Shown here: positions 48,049-56,349 of the stretch, one piece after another
How the letters are laid out: every line of letters begins with the position of its first letter
Position numbering within the stretch: position 1 is the stretch's first letter
Virus record (IMG/VR): IMGVR_UViG_3300041411_000129
Coordinates: 124,001-188,000 of that record
Strand: one strand, 5' to 3'
DNA: 64,000 nucleotides
The notes under the pieces: model-generated
Databases searched by the model: none
Told to the model about the DNA's origin: nothing
Seen by the model: the letters and a program-made list of their open reading frames with translations, nothing else
Made by a program: the position numbers and the translations under genes

Positions 48049-48525
48049 ATGGCCAAGCGTAGAACACCGGACGAGATCTCCAAAGCCAAGGATGACATCA
48101 TCACTACGCTTTCCATCGCAGCGCTCTCTGGAGCCGACAACGCGAAGATCCAACAGATCGCTTATTCACTCATCGATAGAGCGCCGGGAGCTATGAAGAA
48201 AAGCTTCCTACTTCCTTTGTCTCAGAGTGAAGAAGCGCTGGACATCGTTCTGGAGGAGATGTGTTTCCCACAGACCGAGAAGTGGATCGGCACAGCGCGC
48301 ATTAACGATTACGAATACGACATCACCTTGAAGTGGACTGACACTTTGACGTATGTCCAATCGGAAGTCGTCGAACTCATCGCAGCACAATTCCTTCAAC
48401 GTGGTTTCACATCGGGTCGACTTTACCTTCGCTTCACTCATCCTCAATACCGTTTCGAAGATAGCACCAGCGTCTGCATGCAGCACTTCTGTGAGCAAAC
48501 ACAGATGGGCTTGAAAGTTGCCTGA
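48049..48525 (+). CDS. Hypothetical protein
   Basis: 158 aa with AGGAG RBS. Confidence 0.75.
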   Translation: MAKRRTPDEISKAKDDIITTLSIAALSGADNAKIQQIAYSLIDRAPGAMKKSFLLPLSQSEEALDIVLEEMCFPQTEKWIGTARINDYEYDITLKWTDTLTYVQSEVVELIAAQFLQRGFTSGRLYLRFTHPQYRFEDSTSVCMQHFCEQTQMGLKVA

Positions 48526-48530
48526 CACGA

Positions 48531-48577
48531 CATAAAGCCCGGCATTACGCCGGGCTTTATGCTCACTCTTTTTTTTT
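48531..48577. terminator. Bidirectional terminator at a convergent junction
   Basis: CATAAAGCCCGGC-ATTAC-GCCGGGCTTTATG plus a T run; near-identical to 20097-20141. Confidence 0.85.
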
Positions 48578-48583
48578 GCTGTA

Positions 48584-49771
48584 TTACTCGCCTTTGGAGT
48601 CGTACTGTCGAAGGCTTGCGTTGGCGTGCAGATACGCCGACTGAGCAATACCGCCGACCAACGGCAGCATGGTGCGTGGACCAGTGCCGATGCGGGCCAG
48701 GATCTTGGAAACGATCGCAGGACCTTGCTTAACGCGGGACTTGTCGTAAGTACCGTTAGCGCGCTTCAGATCGCTGATAGCGATCCGCAGATCACGCTTG
48801 GTTTCGTCCATCCACTTAGCAACGTCAGTCAGACCACGAATGATGTCACGGATCTCGCCGAAGCCGCAGACGAAAGTACCTTCAGCGATCTTGGTTTCCG
48901 ATTTGGTAACCTTGATAGCCGCGTTCAGAACGTTGAGGTCGTTATCGCCGGCGGAGACAGTGACTACGTTCAGGCCAGGGAACTCGTAGAACTCGTTCGA
49001 GCCGTTAGGAGTACCTTGTGGCAGATCGGCTTCGCTGACTTCCTGACCGCCTTTCAGCTTGTCAGTAACGGTAGCGCCCAGCTTGGCGTACATCTTGACC
49101 CAATCACCGGCCAGGAGCTTACCAAAGTTGGTAGCAGTATCCAACGCCTGTTTCGGAGTCAGAGTCTTCTGAGTAGTCTGCAAGTAAGCAGCCCACTTAG
49201 GAGCACCATCGAACTTATCTTTCTTCAGAGTGCCAGCAGCCTGGTTCTGACGAGAGATCAAGTTGTCGCGCATTCTGTAAACGGCAGACTCGGTCTTACC
49301 GTAGTTGTTCATCAGACCGGTCAGCATCTCGGCCAGCTTAGCGCAAGCGGCTTTGAAAGCTTCCCACATGCGAGCCAGCAGACCTTTCGACTTACCTTCA
49401 GTTTCCTGACGGTTCTCGAAGCTGGTCTGATGGACGCCGATGGATTCGAACGATGCCGAGAACACCGCATCAGGAACTGGCAGGTCAGCAGCGCGCAGGA
49501 TGTTACCAACGCCCAACTGGTACTGGCGCGCAGTCTTGGCGTTCCAGTTATCGGCCGGTACACGATCCATGAAGTCAGAAACGAACGACTCGAGGGATAC
49601 GGTTACTTCGGCGATGCTTTCAACGTTGCGGCTACCTTCAGCGATTTCGGCATCGCTTACAGCAGCGTCAGATACGCATTCAGCGATCTCGCCAATTACC
49701 ACGTCAGTTGGGTTCTCTTCCAACATCATGGCATCAGCGGCTTGCTGTAGTGGATCGTCGTGTACAATCAT
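48584..49771 (-). CDS. Internal head/ejection protein paralog
   Basis: VSLES, ASFES and TSFE sites, then GLLARMWEAFK; ATG 49771 with GAGG RBS. Confidence 0.8.
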   Translation of the reverse strand: MIVHDDPLQQAADAMMLEENPTDVVIGEIAECVSDAAVSDAEIAEGSRNVESIAEVTVSLESFVSDFMDRVPADNWNAKTARQYQLGVGNILRAADLPVPDAVFSASFESIGVHQTSFENRQETEGKSKGLLARMWEAFKAACAKLAEMLTGLMNNYGKTESAVYRMRDNLISRQNQAAGTLKKDKFDGAPKWAAYLQTTQKTLTPKQALDTATNFGKLLAGDWVKMYAKLGATVTDKLKGGQEVSEADLPQGTPNGSNEFYEFPGLNVVTVSAGDNDLNVLNAAIKVTKSETKIAEGTFVCGFGEIRDIIRGLTDVAKWMDETKRDLRIAISDLKRANGTYDKSRVKQGPAIVSKILARIGTGPRTMLPLVGGIAQSAYLHANASLRQYDSKGE

Positions 49772-49779
49772 GGGAAACC

Positions 49780-51009
49780 TCAGTTGTAAGCGTTGGCACA
49801 CTCGTCGATGTAACGAATGCTTGCCTTGATGGTTTTGAGGAAGTACGGGGTGGCGTTAATCCAACCCTGTGCTGCCAAGCTGCATGCTTTGTTCAGGGAG
49901 CTGAACGCAGTCCGGAGTACTGCTACATCAGTCTTATCGTTGTGGGCGGTAACGCTCTTGGAGAGTTTGCCGACCTTATCGGTAATGGCTGTGAAAGCAT
50001 TCATCTCACGTTTGAGACTAACGAGGACTTTGAGTCCATCATTACAAACGGTGATGCCTGTTTTCAATTCAGCTACAGAAAGCAGATCAGCTTTCGTATT
50101 GTTCGCTACAGCCGACTGGTTGATCTTGATCTTAGTCCCCATGATCGGATTAGCCCCAGCACCCGGAGTCAATTCCAGATAATGGTTAGGGGTAATATCG
50201 ATCTTGACCGGTTTCATCGCCAGCGACTTCTCAGCGAACTCGGTAACACTCTTACCGACTTTATCCGCATCCAGTCCAGCGACGTTAGTCGGTAGAGGGA
50301 ACTCAACCAAACTCTTCCAGCCACCGCGCCATTCGATCGCGAAGTCTTCGAAGTAAGCGACTGCTTGAACGACGTGACGACTAGGCGGTTCGATACGCGA
50401 ATGTTTGTCCGTAAGATAGGCAGCGACCTTACCTACGTTAACATCTTCGACCGTAGCCTTAGCATCAGCCTTGATTAAGGAAACCTTCTCCGTAACCTTA
50501 TCGAGATAGTTCTCGACAGACTTACCGCTGTCAGTCAGATTCTCCCAGAAGGAAACGAACGCATCGGCGACAGCTTTCATCGCTACATGAAGCCACGTCA
50601 GAATACGACGGATGATGCCGTCCTTCTTCTCAGCGACTTCAGTGCTGTAGTTCCCGTTACTCGCTTCGAACGACGGTACAATCATTGTTGCGGGGATGTA
50701 GATATCCGCGTTAACGAGAATGGCTTCAACCGACAGACGTAGAAGATCAGCGTCGCCTTCATCGAATCCATCCGCGCCACAAGCGGCGATACTCTTATCC
50801 ACCAAATCCGTCAGGTTATCGGACACACCAGCCGCAATGGAGATCTCATCGGAATGACCCTCCACTTCAGCCGCAATATGAGACAGCTTCTCGATATTGC
50901 CGTCAGCCAGATCCGAGGCCTCGATAATGGAATCTTCGAGGCTCAGATGAATGACTGGACGTGGTGTCGACGCTGACTGGGCGAGTCTTTGAAGAATACT
51001 AGCAGTCAT
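49780..51009 (-). CDS. Internal head/ejection protein paralog
   Basis: LSLED, PSFE and YSTEVAEKKDGIIRRILTW. Confidence 0.8.
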   Translation of the reverse strand: MTASILQRLAQSASTPRPVIHLSLEDSIIEASDLADGNIEKLSHIAAEVEGHSDEISIAAGVSDNLTDLVDKSIAACGADGFDEGDADLLRLSVEAILVNADIYIPATMIVPSFEASNGNYSTEVAEKKDGIIRRILTWLHVAMKAVADAFVSFWENLTDSGKSVENYLDKVTEKVSLIKADAKATVEDVNVGKVAAYLTDKHSRIEPPSRHVVQAVAYFEDFAIEWRGGWKSLVEFPLPTNVAGLDADKVGKSVTEFAEKSLAMKPVKIDITPNHYLELTPGAGANPIMGTKIKINQSAVANNTKADLLSVAELKTGITVCNDGLKVLVSLKREMNAFTAITDKVGKLSKSVTAHNDKTDVAVLRTAFSSLNKACSLAAQGWINATPYFLKTIKASIRYIDECANAYN

Positions 51010-51022
51010 TGTCTGTCACCGG

Positions 51023-52450
51023 TTACTTGGCGTGATCGTAGGTGTTGCCCTGGTTGTTACCGGCAGCATTTGCACGATAGCGCTCAGGACGAACCACTTC
51101 AGGCTCATCTTCTTTGGTATCGCTACCACCAGCGCCACCTTTGATCTTGCTGGCCGACAGGTCGCAATAGCGCATGTTGGCTTTGAGCATCATCAGGAAG
51201 TCAGGAACCGACTTGGTCCAGCCCTGAGACATTACACGGCAACCGCCGAGGATACCGTTGACCCACAGACGCAGCTCAGGATCGATCTTCGCGCCACCCA
51301 TGCTTTCAGCCATCTTCAGACGACCGAGGATGGTATTGCAAGCCTTGACCACTGCGTCAGCGCCTTTGGTCCAGCTGGAAACGTCTTTCTCGATGACCTT
51401 CATGATGTCGAGGGCCTTCAGAGCCAGCGTGCAACCGCTCAGCATTTCAGCGTGCTTCAAGACCTTACCGGTGTGAGCAGCCTTCTCTTTGATGACGGCA
51501 CGTTCCAGTTCGACCTTGGCGCCGTTGAGAGGCCACTTGCTATCTTCGCCAGGGATCAGCTTGATAGTGCTGGTCTCGGAGATCTTGATGTCCTTCAGCT
51601 TGGACATGTCGTTCTTCATCGAACGGTTCAGGTTATCGACCGCCGTATTGAGGAACGTGGTGATCGGACCGACGTCGTTCATGCTCGAAGGCGGCTTGAT
51701 GTCCACCAGATCTTCGAACGCGCCGTGCCAGGCCGAAACGAAGTTCTTGAACAGACCCACGTTGGTCTGAACGATCGCAGCAGGTGGCTTGACCACGCCG
51801 GAAGCGTTCGCGCAATACGCGCCAATGCTCGCACCGAGATTGATGGTGCCTTCTTCGGTCTCGCCTTTGTTCTTGTTGATCTTCGCCAATACAGCGGTGC
51901 CGTATTTGCCGATCGACTTGCTGTTGTTGAACAGACGGTGCCAGAACTTGGCAACCATAGCCATCAGGCTCTTGAACGCTTCAGCTACCCAGCTAAGGAT
52001 ACGGCCGATAACGCCCTTCTTCTTTTCTTCAGCTTCCGTTGAGTAGTCCGAACGGCTAGCGCAGGATTCGAAAGAAGGAACCACGACACCTACTGGAATG
52101 CCCAGGCCGGAGACCTTCAGAACGGCTTCCACCGAGATGAACATCAGTGCAGCACCTTCTTCGGTGATACCGCTGGCGCCGTAGGTTTCGATAGTCTGGT
52201 CGACGATCGCTTCGATAGAGCCGGCTGCTGCCTCAGCTTTATCGATGGAGGCATTCTGCCCATTGATGTCTTCGGAGATAGCATTGATCTCGGCAATGTC
52301 GGCAACGATATCTTGCGACAGTTGTTCGAGTTCTTCACCCTGTACCGGCTCTTCTTCAGGAGCTGGGAGGTTAGCGAAGTCTGGCTGAGCTGGCAGCTCA
52401 GACGATTCAACGCCGTAGTTAGCAAGTTGCTGCAAGATGGATGGAGGCAT
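51023..52450 (-). CDS. Internal head/ejection protein paralog
   Basis: PSFES and YSTEAEEKKKGVIGRILSW; ATG 52450 with AAGGA RBS. Confidence 0.8.
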   Translation of the reverse strand: MPPSILQQLANYGVESSELPAQPDFANLPAPEEEPVQGEELEQLSQDIVADIAEINAISEDINGQNASIDKAEAAAGSIEAIVDQTIETYGASGITEEGAALMFISVEAVLKVSGLGIPVGVVVPSFESCASRSDYSTEAEEKKKGVIGRILSWVAEAFKSLMAMVAKFWHRLFNNSKSIGKYGTAVLAKINKNKGETEEGTINLGASIGAYCANASGVVKPPAAIVQTNVGLFKNFVSAWHGAFEDLVDIKPPSSMNDVGPITTFLNTAVDNLNRSMKNDMSKLKDIKISETSTIKLIPGEDSKWPLNGAKVELERAVIKEKAAHTGKVLKHAEMLSGCTLALKALDIMKVIEKDVSSWTKGADAVVKACNTILGRLKMAESMGGAKIDPELRLWVNGILGGCRVMSQGWTKSVPDFLMMLKANMRYCDLSASKIKGGAGGSDTKEDEPEVVRPERYRANAAGNNQGNTYDHAK

Positions 52451-52487
52451 GGCTATGTCCTTGGTAATGACGTACGTGAAACGATGA

Positions 52488-53864
52488 TTAAGCGGCTTTG
52501 GAATAGGCCGAGGCGCTGGCGCTGACATAACCGTCAAGTGCAGACTTAACTGCCCAGATAGTTTTGATCAGCTTAGGGGGAAGCATCCCGAGATCGTACA
52601 TAACGTCGACGGCCAGCTTGTAGGCGTCACACGCTTCTTTGATCGCAGTGGTATCTTCGTTGGCTGCCTTCTTCTTGCTGTACAGAGCGTTCAGTTGAGA
52701 GCTCATGTCAAACAGTTTGGTAGCCATGCCGTCGATCTCTTCAGCAGCATCCTGAAGAGGTTTGATGAAATCGCCAACATGGTCAGTCCATGCGGGAACT
52801 GCATCGGTGTAGTCTTGCATATCCTGAGCGCTGAGCGCTGGATACTCACCACCCTCGGCTTCCTTGTGAACCACCATGTTGCTATTGAGGTTCATGGAGT
52901 TGCCTTTACGCTCGCCAGTCAGAACGATGTCGATGTTCTTACTCACGTTGAACTCGACTTCTTTCGCTTGACCGAGTCCGACAGCATTGAGGAGAGCGGT
53001 CAGCACCCGAGGGAGTTCACTTTCCTTCGTCGGCTGTACGCCATTGACGATCGAGCTGACTTTCTTAACCATTTCCAGAACGCGGTCAGCTGAGTGCTTG
53101 CCGAAACCTTTGAGATCCTTGAGAGTCTCAGTAGGCTTCTTAGCCCGACCATCTTGCCCGATGATGAACTTAGGGTCCTTAACAGTAACCTTAGTGCTTG
53201 GAGTAGACGGAGCTGCTTTAGGAGCCGCTTTCGGTTCTTCCTTCTTCGGTTCTGGTTCGGGCTTCTTCGGTGGAGGAGATGTCGGTTTCTCAGCAGGCTT
53301 AGCCGCTGGCTTGACCTCAGACTCTTCCTCCTTCTCAGCCGGCTTCTCTTCAGCAGGCGCGTCGCCGTCAACGGCTGCATCAACCTTCTTCTTCAGAGCT
53401 TCGTTCTTGGCCTGGTCGTTCTTCTTGAACAGACCCAGCTTCTGGAAGAACGCCTTCAGCATTCCCATGAGGGTAGTGAAGGTACGCTTGATCCATGCCC
53501 AGATCTTACCAATGAAGCCCTCGCTCTTCTCCTCAGCTTCCGTTGAGTAGTTCTCAGGAACGCTGGATTCGAAGGACGGAGCAAGCATCGTAACTGGGAG
53601 ATCCAGATCAGACGCCATCAGAACCGACTCCATACAAACACGATAAAGCGCAGCGCGCTCTACGTCCATGGATGGCTTGTCGTTAATGAAGGCGTCACGA
53701 ATGTTCTTCACCGAAGCGAGGGTCGCACGAGCTCGAACAATCTGGGTTTGAAGCACATCCATCTCGTGGAAATCGGATTGCATGTCCACGCTTTCGAAGC
53801 TATAAGCAGCTTCTACTCGCCCGATGTTGTTGTTGGCTAGCTGTTTCAAAATGCTCGCGGTCAT
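52488..53864 (-). CDS. Internal head/ejection protein paralog with a Pro/Glu/Lys linker
   Basis: YSFES, PSFES and YSTEAEEKSEGFIGKIWAW. Confidence 0.8.
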   Translation of the reverse strand: MTASILKQLANNNIGRVEAAYSFESVDMQSDFHEMDVLQTQIVRARATLASVKNIRDAFINDKPSMDVERAALYRVCMESVLMASDLDLPVTMLAPSFESSVPENYSTEAEEKSEGFIGKIWAWIKRTFTTLMGMLKAFFQKLGLFKKNDQAKNEALKKKVDAAVDGDAPAEEKPAEKEEESEVKPAAKPAEKPTSPPPKKPEPEPKKEEPKAAPKAAPSTPSTKVTVKDPKFIIGQDGRAKKPTETLKDLKGFGKHSADRVLEMVKKVSSIVNGVQPTKESELPRVLTALLNAVGLGQAKEVEFNVSKNIDIVLTGERKGNSMNLNSNMVVHKEAEGGEYPALSAQDMQDYTDAVPAWTDHVGDFIKPLQDAAEEIDGMATKLFDMSSQLNALYSKKKAANEDTTAIKEACDAYKLAVDVMYDLGMLPPKLIKTIWAVKSALDGYVSASASAYSKAA

Positions 53865-53956
53865 TTTACACACTCGACTAGAGTATTATGCAAAGATCGA
53901 GAAGACCTCGCTCGGCGGATTATTACTTACATAAGATCTCCCTAAAGGAACGATTA

Positions 53957-54304
53957 ATGAAGATTGGATCGGTCCAAGATGTTGAGTTCGAAACCACTCA
54001 ACACGGCAATGTAATCCCTGTTCTGAAGATACAATCTGGAAGAACTAAGTTCGATTACAAACTCCCCAACATTCATGTACTTCAAGAGATGAAGTTGTGG
54101 ATGGCAGACATCGTGATGTTCACTGAGAAAGCCGGTAAGACTTCCTGCAAGGTATTAATGGAGAACCGTCCCATTGATGCTAGTCCTGTCGAACTACCAC
54201 ACACCTGCCAATCGTGTGGAGAAGAACTCCACATCTATCTAGAACGGCGACTGATCGTCAAGTGCGTTAATCAGTCTGGATGTAAGGCTCAGAATGTAGG
54301 ATGA
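53957..54304 (+). CDS. Standalone OB-fold plus C4 zinc-finger module resembling NAD-dependent DNA ligase (LigA) domains, without an adenylation domain
   Basis: VQDVEFETTQHGNVIPVL, LPNIHVLQEMKLWMADIV...KAG and PHTCQSCGEEL...KCVNQSGCKAQ align by eye to the LigA OB and Zn-finger; AAGGA RBS before ATG 53957. Confidence 0.7.
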   Translation: MKIGSVQDVEFETTQHGNVIPVLKIQSGRTKFDYKLPNIHVLQEMKLWMADIVMFTEKAGKTSCKVLMENRPIDASPVELPHTCQSCGEELHIYLERRLIVKCVNQSGCKAQNVG

Positions 54305-54308
54305 CGCT

Positions 54309-54761
54309 ATGCTACTGGATGTCAAAGGCGACATGTTCAAACGCGCCCCAAAGGGATCGTTAGTCGGCATTCCCGTTAATACCGTCGGAGTAGGCGGGAA
54401 GGGTCTGGCGTGTCTAATGAAGCTGCGTTGGCCAGAGGCGTACAAGAAGTATTGCAAAGATTGTAGACGCGGTAGGATCGCATCAGGAGAGCTCTGCGTG
54501 TATGACGTAGGGGACTATCGTCTCGCTATGCTACCAACTAAGTACTACTGGGGTAATCCTTCCGATAAAGGCCTGATCACAATCACGGCTAAAAGACTCC
54601 TTGCCTACATGGAAGGTACGTTCGAGGAAGATTGCTACATCCCTCAACTCGGATGTGGTGATAAGACTGGAACGTTGGATTATGAAGTTGATGTTCGCCC
54701 TATCCTCGAAGAAGTGTTTGGCGAGGCTGGCGAAACCATTCACGTATTCGATTGGAGCTGA
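54309..54761 (+). CDS. Macrodomain ADP-ribosylhydrolase, DarG-like
   Basis: GDMF, PVNTVGVGGKGLA, LPTKYYW and IPQLGCG motifs. Confidence 0.88.
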   Translation: MLLDVKGDMFKRAPKGSLVGIPVNTVGVGGKGLACLMKLRWPEAYKKYCKDCRRGRIASGELCVYDVGDYRLAMLPTKYYWGNPSDKGLITITAKRLLAYMEGTFEEDCYIPQLGCGDKTGTLDYEVDVRPILEEVFGEAGETIHVFDWS

Positions 54762-54764
54762 CAG

Positions 54765-55019
54765 ATGTTCAAAGAGCTGGATGCGAAGATACAGCAAGAT
54801 CTGGTTGCGTTAGGCAAAGAGATCTGGGCTGAGTTTAATATCGATGTACCTGCGCCTGTTGAGGTGTATATCTCACGAGTTGATCAATACCTCAGTCGCC
54901 TACACACTCGGACTCCTCCTGAATTCGAGGTAACTGTAGATGCGGATGGTACATTCACCGTTTATACCCCAGTGAGTAAACCCGTATGTCCTCTAACGAT
55001 AGTAGCAACCCGCCGGTAA
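54765..55019 (+). CDS. Small hypothetical protein
   Basis: 84 aa with GGAG RBS. Confidence 0.7.
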   Translation: MFKELDAKIQQDLVALGKEIWAEFNIDVPAPVEVYISRVDQYLSRLHTRTPPEFEVTVDADGTFTVYTPVSKPVCPLTIVATRR

Positions 55020-55024
55020 GAACC

Positions 55025-55390
55025 ATGGCTTTCGAGAGCGCTCAGATCGAACGCATCGAAGCGTGGTTGATCGGTGAAGGCTGGACTGTTAATCGCTTCG
55101 ATTATAGCCTGACACCTTCCTGTGCTGAAGTGAACTACCGCGCCAAGACATTCCGTTCGAACATCAGCAGCGCCTATTACTGTGCGCAAGTGTTTGAGCG
55201 CGTTGAGAACAACCTCAAGACAAAAGGAGTAACAACCGTTGGAGGATACATGTACGTCTTCAGTGGAGGAGAAACCCACCGTCGGCATGATGGCGGGGAT
55301 TTGTATCAACATAAAGCGCTATCTATCCACCCGGTGGAGTTACCGCGTGCGAAGCCTAAGGCTATTGATGAGCTGATATACCCGGCGTAA
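55025..55390 (+). CDS. Hypothetical protein
   Basis: ATG 55025 follows the upstream stop; ends at a hairpin. Confidence 0.7.
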   Translation: MAFESAQIERIEAWLIGEGWTVNRFDYSLTPSCAEVNYRAKTFRSNISSAYYCAQVFERVENNLKTKGVTTVGGYMYVFSGGETHRRHDGGDLYQHKALSIHPVELPRAKPKAIDELIYPA

Positions 55391-55393
55391 GCG

Positions 55394-55428
55394 GCATACA
55401 TCGCCCGGCCTTGAGCCGGGCTTTATGC
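55394..55428 (+). terminator. Hairpin with CATA/TTTATGC flanks
   Basis: GCCCGGC-CTTGA-GCCGGGC-TTTATGC. Confidence 0.7.
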
Positions 55429-55448
55429 TGCAATCGTAGTCAAAGAAT

Positions 55449-55465
55449 TTACAGTCACACATTGC
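55449..55465 (+). promoter_or_regulatory. Putative early promoter motif variant (TTACAGTCACACATTGC)
   Basis: Nearly identical to the 57859-57876 copy. Confidence 0.55.
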
Positions 55466-55508
55466 CGGAGTACATAAACCAACTGATCAACGAAACTGGA
55501 GATCAATC

Positions 55509-55604
55509 ATGGCAAACTTTGCCCGTGCTGTAGCCGTCGGTGTAACCGTCGTCGTAGTATCGCAAATCATCCTTCGCCAGCTTTCCAAGCGCGGCTACAT
55601 CTAA
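55509..55604 (+). CDS. 31-aa single-TM microprotein (not in the ORF track)
   Basis: GGAG RBS; MANFARAVAVGVTVVVVSQIILRQLSKRGYI. Confidence 0.7.
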   Translation: MANFARAVAVGVTVVVVSQIILRQLSKRGYI

Positions 55605-55635
55605 CCCCAATTCTAACGACCGAGGAGGTCTAATC

Positions 55636-55755
55636 ATGAAACAGAAACCACGCGAAATCCGAATCTACTTCCGCGGTCAAGTCGCCCTCGATATTCGAGA
55701 CAGACTCATCTTGGCGCAAATCACCACCCCGGTAAAGACTAAGGATTCGAAATGA
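55636..55755 (+). CDS. 39-aa basic microprotein (not in the ORF track)
   Basis: GAGGAGG RBS; MKQKPREIRIYFRGQVALDIRDRLILAQITTPVKTKDSK; ATGA overlap with the next ORF. Confidence 0.7.
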   Translation: MKQKPREIRIYFRGQVALDIRDRLILAQITTPVKTKDSK

Positions 55756-55880
55756 AACAGTTTAAACTCGTACTGGCTGGCATGATTCTGAGCATTGGCA
55801 TTTCGACTGCTTACTCTTCAGGTATCTTCGATGAAGCTGGTCAGTACAAGGCGCAACACGCAGCATTCGCAGCGCAGTAA
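55752..55880 (+). CDS. 42-aa signal-peptide/membrane microprotein (not in the ORF track)
   Basis: MKQFKLVLAGMILSIGISTAYSSGIFDEAGQYKAQHAAFAAQ; AAGGA RBS. Confidence 0.65.
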   Translation: MKQFKLVLAGMILSIGISTAYSSGIFDEAGQYKAQHAAFAAQ

Positions 55881-55906
55881 TTTATTGCAATCTAAAAAGA
55901 TTGACT

Positions 55907-55916
55907 GACACATTAC
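55907..55916 (+). promoter_or_regulatory. Putative early promoter motif (GACACATTAC)
   Basis: Intergenic ACATTAC copy. Confidence 0.55.
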
Positions 55917-55968
55917 TAACGTAGTCATGCGCTGACTTTTGATACCCACTGTCCGTGGAGGACGCCCC

Positions 55969-56295
55969 ATGAATTTCCAAACCGTAGCAGACATCATAAT
56001 CTGCTTACTCTTCATCTACTTCGCGACCGTTAGAACCCGCGTGGTCTGGAAGCATTTGAAGGATCGTAACGCCGTCACAGTTGCCCGCATCTACGGCTGC
56101 TGTTGTGTTGCGATTGGTTGGAACGGAACGATCTCTCGATACGTTAAAGTAACTCTACCGATACTCGGTGTGATGCTCTACGGATCATGGACTTTCCAGT
56201 TGATCGGTACTCTCAGCTTCTTAGCTGTTGAGCAAGCGATCGCACTTGTTGTAGCCGTTTCAATTTATCTCGCTGCACGTTTCGTAACACGCTGA
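55969..56295 (+). CDS. Multi-TM membrane protein
   Basis: GGAGG RBS; 3-4 hydrophobic segments in 108 aa. Confidence 0.75.
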   Translation: MNFQTVADIIICLLFIYFATVRTRVVWKHLKDRNAVTVARIYGCCCVAIGWNGTISRYVKVTLPILGVMLYGSWTFQLIGTLSFLAVEQAIALVVAVSIYLAARFVTR

Positions 56296-56349
56296 ACCCA
56301 AACCCTAACGTAACACCCTTTGTAATTAACGTCCGTGGAGGACAAACAA

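Noticed and set aside
47805-48062. 85-aa ORF bridging 47171 and 48049
   Set aside because: Its start lies inside the upstream gene with no RBS; a short TTG-started version is possible but unsupported
48626-52042. Plus-strand ORFs (374 and 336 aa) over the minus-strand paralog array
   Set aside because: Shadow ORFs; the minus-strand frames show the shared paralog motifs and RBSs
53921-53926. TATTAC upstream of the LigA-like fragment as an early promoter
   Set aside because: It matches the phiKZ hexamer but not this genome's extended CACATTAC motif; too short to call
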